A stretch of 29,953 bases of DNA, from contig MU058636.1 of NCBI GenBank assembly GCA_013265495.1, positions 8,887,425-8,917,377 of the forward strand, read 5' to 3'. The notes beneath the pieces are model-generated. The model saw only the letters and a list, made by a program, of their open reading frames with translations. It was not told the DNA's origin and made no database searches. Position 1 is the first letter of the stretch, and every line of letters starts with the position of its first letter. A program made the translations under genes and the position numbers. The stretch is from Vicugna vicugna (lineage: Eukaryota). Positions 13,011-22,575 of this stretch are shown one piece after another.

Positions 13011-13413
13011 ATGTATTTCCAACAAATTTGAAATTTCCTCATTTCTGGTTTCATTTTTGGTAGATGGTATTTCTAGACAGTTTCCCAGTTCCAGGGGGAC
13101 AGTCTATTGTGTCTTGTAGCTCCTATCCCTTTTAATGTAATGAGTAGTAATTGTGTGAGTGTAAGCTACTGTCATTGGTTGTGCAGATTTAATTCAGCAG
13201 TAATTGCTCTTGACTATTCCTTAACGCCAAAGATGTTATAGCTCAATTTCATAGCTTTTTTATGTTTGAGAAAGAATTATTTATTTCTGGTTCTACTTCT
13301 GTAACCGGTTTGAATGTCAGCTGATTTAATCAGAAGGGTCACTAGTAAAGCATCTTCTCTACACTTAAAAAAAAAAAGAACCAGAAGAATTGTGTGACCA
13401 TTATGACAGTGAC

Positions 13414-13618
13414 TGGGTCCATTCAGGCTTAGAGATTACTAGCTCAGCAGCACCTCAATGCTGTTTTGAACTTGTGTCTAGTAAAGGTTAGACAAGTGAA
13501 TTAGGCACAAAGAGACTGATCAAGAGGGAGATTTCTACAGCTTGCAGGCCCTGCTAGTCTGAGCTCTAGCTTGGCTTCTGGTTCTCGATGCACTCTTCTG
13601 TTCTAGCATATCAGCCTC
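13414..13618 (+). repeat. Left arm of a 205-bp inverted repeat
   Basis: Hand alignment to the reverse complement of 15162-15366: ungapped, 11 mismatches in 205 bp; weaker similarity extends outward to about 13398. Confidence 0.97.
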
Positions 13619-13622
13619 TTGT

Positions 13623-13728
13623 AAAAAGAATTATTGAAGTCTAGTCAGTTTACAGTGTTGTGTCAATTTCTGGGGCACAGCATCATGCGTCAGTCATCCA
13701 CACACGTGCCTACATTCGTCTTCATAGT
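13623..13728 (-). mobile_element. About 100-bp L1 3' tip (same family as 26303-26571)
   Basis: 13635-13727 aligns ungapped to the reverse complement of 26461-26553 (70/93 identical). Confidence 0.85.
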
Positions 13729-14438
13729 CATACTCTTCTTGACCCTTAGACCAATGTCTTCTGCAGAAGTTCTATCCCTGTCAGTGCTAACTGAGAAGAT
13801 TTCCTGATTTCCTCCACATTCCCGGGGTTTCAATGCCATGACTACCATATTTGTGGAGGTTCTTTTGGAACCTTAGAACTACAGAAACCCATTCACGCCA
13901 TCGTAAGTGAGGAGGGGGAGGAAAAGGAGGAGGGAAGGAATTTATTTGAAAGATACTGACGTCTCTCAAAGAAACAGAAAAGGCTGAATAACAAAGACTT
14001 GGGAAGGGAAAGAATTGGTACTGCTGTGGGGACATAATCACAGGAAGAGCGGACATTCTGTCCTTGAACATGACCATTCACTAGGCTTGGCCTCGATGAC
14101 TAATAGTTGTCATTCTCTGGTCCATGTTTCAGTATGGGAAGAAAACATCTGTTTGATCCACGTTAGACCAATTGTCTGTCTCCAGACTGATCAATCATAA
14201 AGCACAATTGCAGGAGAATACGAAATTGTTGAATAGCCACCCTGAGAGGTATTTACTATCTTCCCATACATGTTTTCAGCTCTAAATTCTTTCTCCCTGC
14301 TGCGACTGTATGTTTTGTCTTTTTTCTTCTCTCTTCCTGCCTTTGAACAACCCAGGCATTGCCCTGAGTGAAACATCTTTATCCTGAGCAAAAATGGTTT
14401 ACTGTTTCTTCTTCTTGGGGATAGAAAGTGTTACTTAC

Positions 14439-14573
14439 TCTCTCTCTTGTGCGGGGTTCCAGTGGAATATATTTGGCGATGATATTTACAGGATTGTTTT
14501 TTGCAAGAATCTCTGGATTTCCACGCCTTTTCAATCCTGGGGTAGAATGCAATACCTCCTCCGGAGGGCTGAC
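14439..14573 (-). other. Candidate 135-nt exon inside the inverted-repeat spacer
   Basis: Minus strand: ctttcttctgcataacagactttag acceptor, AGA/GTAAGT donor; two of three frames open; peptide not recognised. Confidence 0.25.
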
Positions 14574-15161
14574 CTAAAGTCTGTTATGCAGAAGAAAGCC
14601 TTCTTCTTAATTCTTAGTCTTTGCTGGATTTATACTGACATACACATTTAATTCAAAGCAAAATTAGTTGCAAAAGAGATGAAGATGGTAATTCAAATAG
14701 ATGTTTTAATTTCCACAGTTGAATATAAGAGAGAGGGTTTCTGTAAGTGTTGCATAGTCTTTAACTCCTAGGGCTCCTTGTGAGGTTCTTAGGCTTTGAG
14801 GTTAGAGGTGGCAGGTTGAAATAATTAATGCTTTGAGCATTAATCAGAGAATAAAAGAAAATGCCATTAGCATTTCTATGAAATCACAGTTTATGAAAAC
14901 TAAAGCTCTACCCTTAATATTTCAAATATATTCATATTATTTAAAACCCTCATGAAGTCTGATTTTACACACTGGTGAGGTCAGATAGCTCACATTTGAG
15001 CACAATGCTCTGACCCTCTACACTTGATTAAAAGATGACCGGGATTTTTTTGATTCTTGTACATGATCTTAGTTGTAGCCAGCTGCTCTCCAGTCCTGCA
15101 TCATGGAATCCATTACCCTTGACATTCTTGATCATCGTAACTCTGCTCCCCTAGAGTCATG

Positions 15162-15366
15162 GAGGCTGATATGCTAGAACAGAAGAGTGCATCGAGAACC
15201 AGAAGCCAAGCTACAGCTCAGACTAGCAGGGCCTGCAAGCTGTAGAAATCTCCCTCTTGATCAGTCCCTTTGGGCCTAACTCACCTGTCTAATCTTTACT
15301 ATGCACAAGTTCAAAACAGCATTCAGGAGTTGCTGAGCTAGTAATCTCTAAGCCTGAATGGACCCA
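15162..15366 (-). repeat. Right arm of a 205-bp inverted repeat
   Basis: Reverse complement of 13414-13618 at 94.6% identity; weaker similarity extends outward to about 15381. Confidence 0.97.
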
Positions 15367-15730
15367 ATAATATCATAAGGGAACCTATATATTGCTGGCT
15401 GGGCTGGTTTCTATCCCTAATGCCTCCGGCCACTGCCACGGTCCAACATGAACCGACTTCATGCCATCAGGCCATTGACCTCTGCTCATCTCCATTTCCT
15501 TTTGGTAGGAGAGCTCCTCTCACGTTTCCTGACCGGTTCATTTAGGTTGATTCTCAGAGAGTTGTTGACCCCACTGGGACATTTTCTTTGTTCCCTCTAT
15601 ACCACAGCCTTCTACTGCTTGGGTCACTGAGATACTTTGGGAAGGAAACAGAGATCGCCAGGTATAGTCTACAGTGCGTTGTACCTGCAGGTGTTGCTTC
15701 TGTCACGTTGATCCCTGTTTTCAGTCTTAC

Positions 15731-15787
15731 CTGTCCTGTCAGGCTTCTTTTGGGCCAAGAGCTCCATTGTCTTTCTGCATCTTATTC
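15731..15787 (-). other. Candidate 57-nt exon
   Basis: Minus strand: actaatttttaactag acceptor, CAG/GTAAGA donor; contains ACAATGG (strong Kozak context). Confidence 0.2.
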
Positions 15788-16069
15788 CTAGTTAAAAATT
15801 AGTCTATATCCCAATTATAGGCTACAAACAAGTTTTTGTTTTTTTCCTCATGAGCTCCTTGAGCTCCCCGTAAATTAAGGAGTGTCCCAGGACTTCTGTC
15901 TCAGTCTCAAACTTTCTGTGGCCAATAAGAGGCAAGTTTTCCTGCAATGGAAGGAGGCCCTCCAGGAGGGTGATGTTTCTAGCCTCCCTTCTAACTTTAT
16001 CCAGCCCACAACGTTCTAATGCATGTACAACTCTGTCGTCTGGAGACTGTGTGCAATACATTGTAATGC

Positions 16070-16562
16070 AATTCTTTACTTATGATAAATACACATAAAT
16101 ATAAAATTTACCATTTTAACTATTTTTAAGTACAGTTTGGTGATGTTAACTATATTCATATCGTTGTGCAACCATCATCACCATCCACCTTCAGAGCTTT
16201 TTCATCATCCCAAACTGAAACTCTGTCCCCAGTGAAGGATAACTCCCCAGTCTTCCCTCCCCCCTGCCCCTGGTAACCACTATTCCACCTTCTGTCTCTG
16301 TGAATTGACCGCTCCAGATACAAGAGAATCATACAGTGTTTGTGCTTTTGTGTCTGGCTTATTTCTCTTACATAACGTCTTTAAGCTTTATCCATATTAT
16401 AGCACATATAGAAGAATTTCATTCTTTTTAAAGGCTGGATCGTATTCCATTGTCTGTACAGATGACATTTAGTTTGTCTTGTCATCTGTCAAAGGAGATT
16501 GGTGTTGTTTCTACCTCTCGGCTATTGTGAGTAAAGCTGCCAGGAGAGTGGATGTGGAAATA
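16070..16562 (-). mobile_element. L1MB-like 3' UTR
   Basis: aaaatttaccattttaactatttttaag...ttcatcatcccaaactgaaactctg...cccctggtaaccactattc...tattccattgtctgtac. Confidence 0.9.
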
Positions 16563-16724
16563 CGCTCCCATCCTAGTTTCAGCTGAAAACAAATATATGT
16601 GTTTAGATCCATTAAAATTAGGCAGATGCTGTTCTGCTCTTTTATTTAAAACTAGTTTCTGGCTGTATTATTGGGATTAATTAATTAAATCATTTATTAA
16701 TAAGGATGAGTTCCTTCATTTGGA

Positions 16725-17170
16725 TTTACTAATTAAATCAATCATTCAAATGATTGAGAGGGCAAGGATATAAATACGAATTTCTTACAATCTAATTGGG
16801 GAGGCAGGCAAGGAAGTGAGTACTCCAAACAACTAAATGATTATTAAAATGGTACTACCCTCAGGGCGCTCTGAGAACACAGAACAAGGCCCTTAAGAGA
16901 TTCAGGAAATTCAGGCTTCCTAAGATGATACTGGAACAGAATCTGGAAACAGAAGTAGGATCATCTCTTGAGAGCTTTGGAGAATCAGGGAGGAAGTTGT
17001 CTTGGCTGAGAAGAAAACTATGAAAAATCAGGAAGCCTTGGGATGTGATCAGTGACTAAGGCTAGAGCAATCGTGCGAAAACTGAGAGGCAGGGAGGCAG
17101 ACAAATGAGAGCTCGTGAACGTCTTTATTCCTGCACAGGCTGGGGAGTTCAACTTCTCTCCTAAAGCAAG
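16725..17170 (-). mobile_element. L2 LINE 3' region, decayed
   Basis: aatcaatcattcaaa...cttacaatctaattggggaggcag...gctctgagaacacagaac...aggcttcctaag; purine-rich antisense L2 pattern. Confidence 0.55.
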
Positions 17171-17273
17171 TCGGACACTGCAGCTCATCTTCCTAAATGT
17201 TTCAATACATTTTGACTTTTAAAAAATGCTTCTTGCATTAGTTTGGATCTAGTCTCATTTCCTGACACATCAG

Positions 17274-17417
17274 GCACCTCACTGCCACCTACTCAGGAAC
17301 AAATTGTGCCAATACTTAATAACAGTCCACCCACGTGGACTTTTAACATCAGTATAATTATGAGGGATTATGGCACCTTCACGTCAGCAATTAATTTGTT
17401 CACTGTTTTTATCATTG
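17274..17417 (+). other. Candidate 144-nt phase-1/phase-1 exon
   Basis: ctcatttcctgacacatcag acceptor, TTG/GTAAGT donor; one open frame TSLPPTQEQIVPILNNSPPTWTFNISIIMRDYGTFTSAINLFTVFII; not recognised. Confidence 0.2.
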
Positions 17418-18679
17418 GTAAGTGAAAAACTAATACCAGATTACTTAGCAGAGCCCCGAATTCTAAATAGAATGTTTAAATGAAAATGGTTTGAAAATCC
17501 TGTTTGTTTCTGAGTCAGACCAAAGCTCTTTTGTGGAAAAGGAAAGTGTGTTGCCCTCCGGCTGCTAGTTTTCTGTATGACAGACTCCACCTCCCTAACC
17601 AAGGCACGTTCCTTTATGTGCTGCGGAACCACAAAGTAAAACGTTGGTGGACTGACTAAATGAATGGATTACACGGTAAAAGATGTTCAGCAGAGCATCC
17701 ATCTGGTCGGCCCCGCTCTGTAAATTCAGGAACACTCGATCCCAGTGACACTGCTATGACCTGAATATCAGCTGGAGGTATGGCTCGGAAATAAAGTAGC
17801 AAATTCCTCCAGAAAGTAGTCTATTTACTAGATATTAGGGGGCAGGTGGAGAGGATTTGGGGTTTCAGTTATATTTTTTCCCACTAATTGATTTCGGTTA
17901 AAGACCACTCTTCTGAAATGACAGATAACTATTGTTCCATATTTTATAGCACGATATTTATCCTTAGATAAAATTATATAGAGAATGTAGGCCTGCACCA
18001 TGCAATTGAGAAGTAACCGTGGCAAAGGAGATGGCTTGTCTAACATGGAATATTTGAGAGGCGACAACCCACTAAATCCTATTCAGTATGTAAAGCAATG
18101 GACCTAGTTTATACTCCTAAGGTGTCTGTAACCTGCAGGGCCTACAATAAAAATTACATTAAAGAACAGTAAACATTTAAAAAATCAACCGATGTCTAAA
18201 AGGCTGCAGAGTCTGGATACTGAAGATGAGCGAATTACCAACATTTTGATACATAGATGCCTGGATGATGAGAACCTTAGAGAATTTACAAGAAAATCTC
18301 TTTCTGAACAGCAAAAGCAGTGATACAGTGCTACAGATAAATATATAATATATAAATATAACAAGCACATTAGTGCATTGCCATGTACAGGATGTATATA
18401 GACACTTTCTTTAATGCACATCTGGCTTACACCTGCTCTATACGACTCTGTGTACGTTGTAGGGCAATTTTTTCCTAGTGTACATTTCTTTGTTAAGAAA
18501 GCCTAGGGACAGAGCTACGTGGAAAAATTACACACAACAAGTATCCAGAAGAAACAACTTGTTACAGAGATTCAATGAATTCTTCCTCCATATTTTGAAG
18601 AAACATTTGATCTCTTTAAAACATGACTGTTAAACCCAGTACTGTATCATGTAAAGACCATAAGAACTAGAAGTTTTTC

Positions 18680-18750
18680 ATTTTCCCTGCAGAATCCTCG
18701 CCAGCTAGCATTAAGCCAGACACTGTAGATGCTCAAAAAATTTCAGAATA
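18680..18750 (+). mobile_element. L2 3' end fragment
   Basis: gaatcctcgccagctagcattaagccagacactgtagatgctcaaaaaattt resembles the L2 terminus. Confidence 0.5.
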
Positions 18751-18782
18751 TATAAACAGTGCACACAATTTGAACAAACAGG

Positions 18783-19420
18783 TGCTATGGTCTATTGGAA
18801 GTTCTTCTCTCTGACCAGAGGCCACCGGAAACGCACATGTAGTTGAGTGAGTCAAATTTACTGTTAACTGCAGCGACAGAGAGGAGACATACCACGGGCA
18901 AAACACAAGACATCACGGTAAGAGGGTATTAAGGGCTTACACAGTGGAGGAGCTGGGCTTTGGTTCAGTGGCTTTATGGAGGATTTAAGGAGGCAGGGCT
19001 CCCCTCTGGATCAGGCATTGTCAGGAAGCAGGGACAGTTCTATCACAAAATGTTTCAATAAATCTTATCTCGAATGAGAGTGAACTAGAGGAGGAAGCTA
19101 AAGCTTTGTTTAAAAAAGAAGCTACATTTAGCAATATAGGCAAGATGGAGGAATTTTTGTGGCTTGGAACATTTTTTTTTCTTATGTGTTCAGACATAAT
19201 TACAGAGTAGTCTTATTTTTGTCTTCATCCAATATGGTCATAGAGTGGCCTCCTCTGATGTTGGTGCTTTGAAAATTGTTGATATTTAACAGGAGAATGT
19301 CAGGGACCAGCTAAAGGTGCCAGGCCAGCCCCTTACAACACCAGGGCATGGCCGACAGTGCCTGGCAAGTCCCTGGCTGCCCAGGACAACTTTTGTTTTT
19401 TGTTTTTTGTTTTTTTAACA
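18783..19420 (-). mobile_element. Old solo ERV LTR (ERV1-class MER type; family not assigned)
   Basis: About 640 bp bounded by tg...ca; blocks ggatttaaggaggcagggctc..ctctggat, tgtcaggaagcaggg, atggtcatagagtggcct, gtgccaggccagc resemble a remembered eutherian LTR consensus. Confidence 0.6.
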
Positions 19421-20382
19421 TGAATCTGGTATTTATTCTTTCGGTTGTGACTTTCATCCCTTAAAGTGTTTTCAGTAGCTAACTTAACACAATAACTTCA
19501 AATTCCACGCCAACCTCGAGGCACACTTTGAAGATAATTGGCTAAAATCTTGAAATGGGAAGAAAGTCTGAAAGGATGAGCATCAAAAATTTAAAAATCG
19601 GTTACTTACATAACTTAAAATATATGGAGGCATAATGAGATTCTTTTTCTGAGGTTTTTCTCTATTTTCTAATGAAAAATATTTTTAAGTGTGTGAAATG
19701 CTTTGAATAAGGTGTTAAATGTTCAGAGTACTCAGAATTATTTGTATTATGAATAATTCCAGGGCTGTGATTAGTAAACAGAGTGAGCTTTTTTCAGTGT
19801 CTGAATCATTTTAGATGAAAAGCAGCTAAAATGAATGCAAGACCAATTTTCATAGTCCCACTGCCTGTGAGACAAGGTGTTTCAATGTGACTGTAGGAGG
19901 CACGGGGCCCTGCAGATATATGATTATAAGTAGCAATAACTGAAAACCATTAAGTTGGAGCTGAACAGTTTGGTAGGAAAAGGAAAAAGAAAATGTCAAG
20001 ATTTGTGACTCCAAATTCAAGCCCCTCAGGCCTGCCCCAGGTTTTCCCGGGCTCTTGTTTCAGAATACCTTTAGGGCTTATGTCCCAGGACCCATTCATT
20101 CTGTTAGAGTCTTTTAAAAAGGCAACTGGAGTGACTTAAAAGAGCTGTATTTTTTTCTCATATGGACGAATAAGAAAAGCAAGACAGCCAGGAACTGAAC
20201 TTCTAATGGATATCCACTTAAATATCTGATTACTGGTATGAAGCTTCCAAATTAGCTGTTCTGTTTTGTCTCTCAGTGGGAGCACGGTTGATTCCAGAGT
20301 ATGAGGTCATAAAAAAAATTATGTAGTGGAAAAAAAATAAACTGAGAATAAACAGTAAAGGTAAAGCTGAAATAGCCTCTAG

Positions 20383-20510
20383 TTCATTTACTGATTCAAC
20401 AAATATTTTCCAAGTGCCTACTGTGTACTCGGCACCATGATGGATGCTGAAGATACAAAGCTGGGGCTAAGTTTTGATCGGAAAGACCTATGCATTCAGG
20501 GTGGGGTACA
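20383..20510 (-). mobile_element. L2 3' end
   Basis: ttcatttactgattcaacaaatattttccaagtgcctactgtgtactcggcacc...gatgctgaagatacaaag. Confidence 0.8.
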
Positions 20511-20557
20511 AGGAGTGAAAGTGGAGGATGTAGAACAGGCAGTTTCACTGCTATCCG

Positions 20558-20968
20558 TGTTAATTTCTGATCGCGGCTGCAACAAATGGCCACAACTTAG
20601 TGGCTTAGAACAACGCAAATTGATTCTCTAACTGTTCGGTCGAAGTCCCAGATGGGTCTCACTGAGCTAAAATCAAGGTGTGAGCAGGGCAGCCTCATTA
20701 AGCAGCTTCTAGAAGCTGTTCACATTTATAGCCAGAACATTGCATGACTCTTGTACATACCTCTGCCTTCCATCTTTCAAGGACCCTGTGATTTCCATTT
20801 GGCCCACCTGGATAAGCCATGATACTTTGTCTGCTTTAAGGTAGGCTAAATAACAACCTTAATTCCATCTGCAGCTTTAGTAGCTCTTGCCATATAGCAT
20901 AACGTGTTTGCAGGTTCCAGAGATTAGAAGGTGGGTATCTTTGGGCAGCCATTTTTCTGCCTACCAGA
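20558..20968 (-). mobile_element. MaLR solo LTR (MLT1D/C-like)
   Basis: cacaacttagtggcttagaacaac...atgggtctcactgagctaaaatcaaggtgt...caggttccagagattagaaggtgggtatctttgggcagccatttttctgcctacca. Confidence 0.9.
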
Positions 20969-21700
20969 GACATGGTATCAAAAATGCACTTTTGGGACAA
21001 ATCTCCCTGTAATAACTAGGCGTGGTTGTTCAGCCCTCCATGTCTTTTGCTTCAAGATACTAGTCATGATCCCTAAAATCTGTGACTGAGATAGCTAAAT
21101 TTAGGTGATCTTTTAAAGATGTTAATGTCTTAAGCCTTTTCCTTCTTTTAATTTTTTTAGATTCTTTTCCCAACTCCTTCCTTCATTTATAAAACATTTT
21201 TTGAAGTTCAGGAAAACATTTACCATCCTTTCCTTTAAGCGGTGATTATTTCCCTCCTATGCTTTCTTGATTTCAAAAATTGTTACAAATTACTTTTTTT
21301 TGGCCGCCCTCCTCTCCTACTGCCAATCTTATATACATCAAATACCAAACCAAGGATGACTTTTGCCCAGACATAGACTGGTAAACTTATTTTCCATGTC
21401 CAATATATACCATTTAATATTTCTTCATAGCTTAACTCTGAGTTTCTCAAGGGCAAGTCTGAGTTTTGCGATTATTTTTTTCATCCTCTACACACAACAT
21501 AATGTCAGGCATATATTATACTCAAAAATGCGTTCTGCATAGATAAATGGACAATATAACCTGGACTGTTGAGCACTTAGAGATGTGGTTTCAAAATGTA
21601 AGGCTTTGAGGTTCTTCATTAAAAATACAAAAGCCTGAGGAAGAGTTAGAAAGCAGAAAAAGAATAAATCTGTTCTTCTATACCTCAGTGACACAGCAGG

Positions 21701-22052
21701 TTCCTTGGAATGATAGTCTCTGTCAACCCGGTTTCCTGTGGTTCCTGGAAAGGAAGCTGTGTGTGTCGGGAGGGGCTTGCGGCGGGAGTTAGGCATTATT
21801 CCCAGGAGAGGCCATCAACTCCTCTTGGTCTTTATGAGCCACGAGCACTCTTGTTTTCCCACACTTGGTGAATCGGTGACTAAATGTTCCCATGGAAACT
21901 AGATGTCAGGGGCCCGTACCATTTCTTGGCCCATTACTTTCTCCATTGCCCTGTCTCATCTTGGGGCCTCTGTACATCTGGAAGCTGTTACTGGCACCCC
22001 AGCACACTTCAGCTGTGCCACCTGTCCTTGCTGTCTCTTGGCTCACTTCCTG
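21701..22052. promoter_or_regulatory. Candidate enhancer: STAT/ETS/RUNX motif cluster
   Basis: TTCCTTGGAA 21701, TTTCCTGTGGTT 21732, TTCCTGGAA 21742, AGGAAG 21751, GGCGGGAG 21781, TGACTAA 21877, CACTTCCTG 22044 in locally GC-richer non-repeat sequence. Confidence 0.35.
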
Positions 22053-22179
22053 ACAGTGGATTCTGAAATTGAGCTGTGGGAATGAAGTGACTCCCTGACC
22101 CTCTTCTCTGCCTGGCAATGGCCTTCCCATCTCCTTCATAGCCATAATCCACAGGAATCAAACTGCAGATACATCACGA

Positions 22180-22575
22180 TCCACAATATATAAATCCATA
22201 TGTCTGTAAGCCACCTCTCTGGCTATTCCCTTAGTCAAGTCCACACCATCTCCCACTTAGATCATGGTAGTCATCTCCTTGCTCTGCCCCTGCTCCTCTA
22301 CAATGTGTTCCCAGTCAAGCTGCCTGCTCTCCTTTGCACGTGAAAGACAGTTAATGTTCTTCTCTGCTTACAACCCTGCAAGGACGCCTCATTTCCCTCC
22401 GAGCAGATCCTTACAGGAGCCTACAAAGACCTACCTAATTTGGTCCTGCTACTCCTCTGATCTCTCTTTGACATAGTCTAAGAGCTCCTAAAAGTCATGA
22501 CGACTCTGTATTGCCAGAACTCTGCACAGTGCCTGGTGCACAGTGCTCATCAGTGTTTCTCCAAATGTTGAATAC
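22180..22575 (+). mobile_element. L2 (L2a-like) 3' region
   Basis: ttagtcaagtccacaccatctcccacttagat...ctctgcttacaaccctgca...gcacagtgcctggtgcacagtgctcatcagtgttt. Confidence 0.8.

Noticed and set aside
13729..13790. Continuation of arm homology beyond the L1 tip
   Set aside because: Only short patches (tgacccttag versus tgactctag) match the reverse complement of 15100-15161; not convincing.
13414..15366. Inverted repeat as the TIRs of an intact DNA transposon
   Set aside because: No transposase ORF in the spacer, no clear TSD, and the outer ends decay gradually rather than ending sharply; not fully excluded without a Dfam search.
18192..18323. 43-codon ORF MSKRLQSLDTEDERITNILIHR... or a Tigger-like remnant
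   Set aside because: No splice context or recognisable homologue; transposon origin suspected but not supportable.
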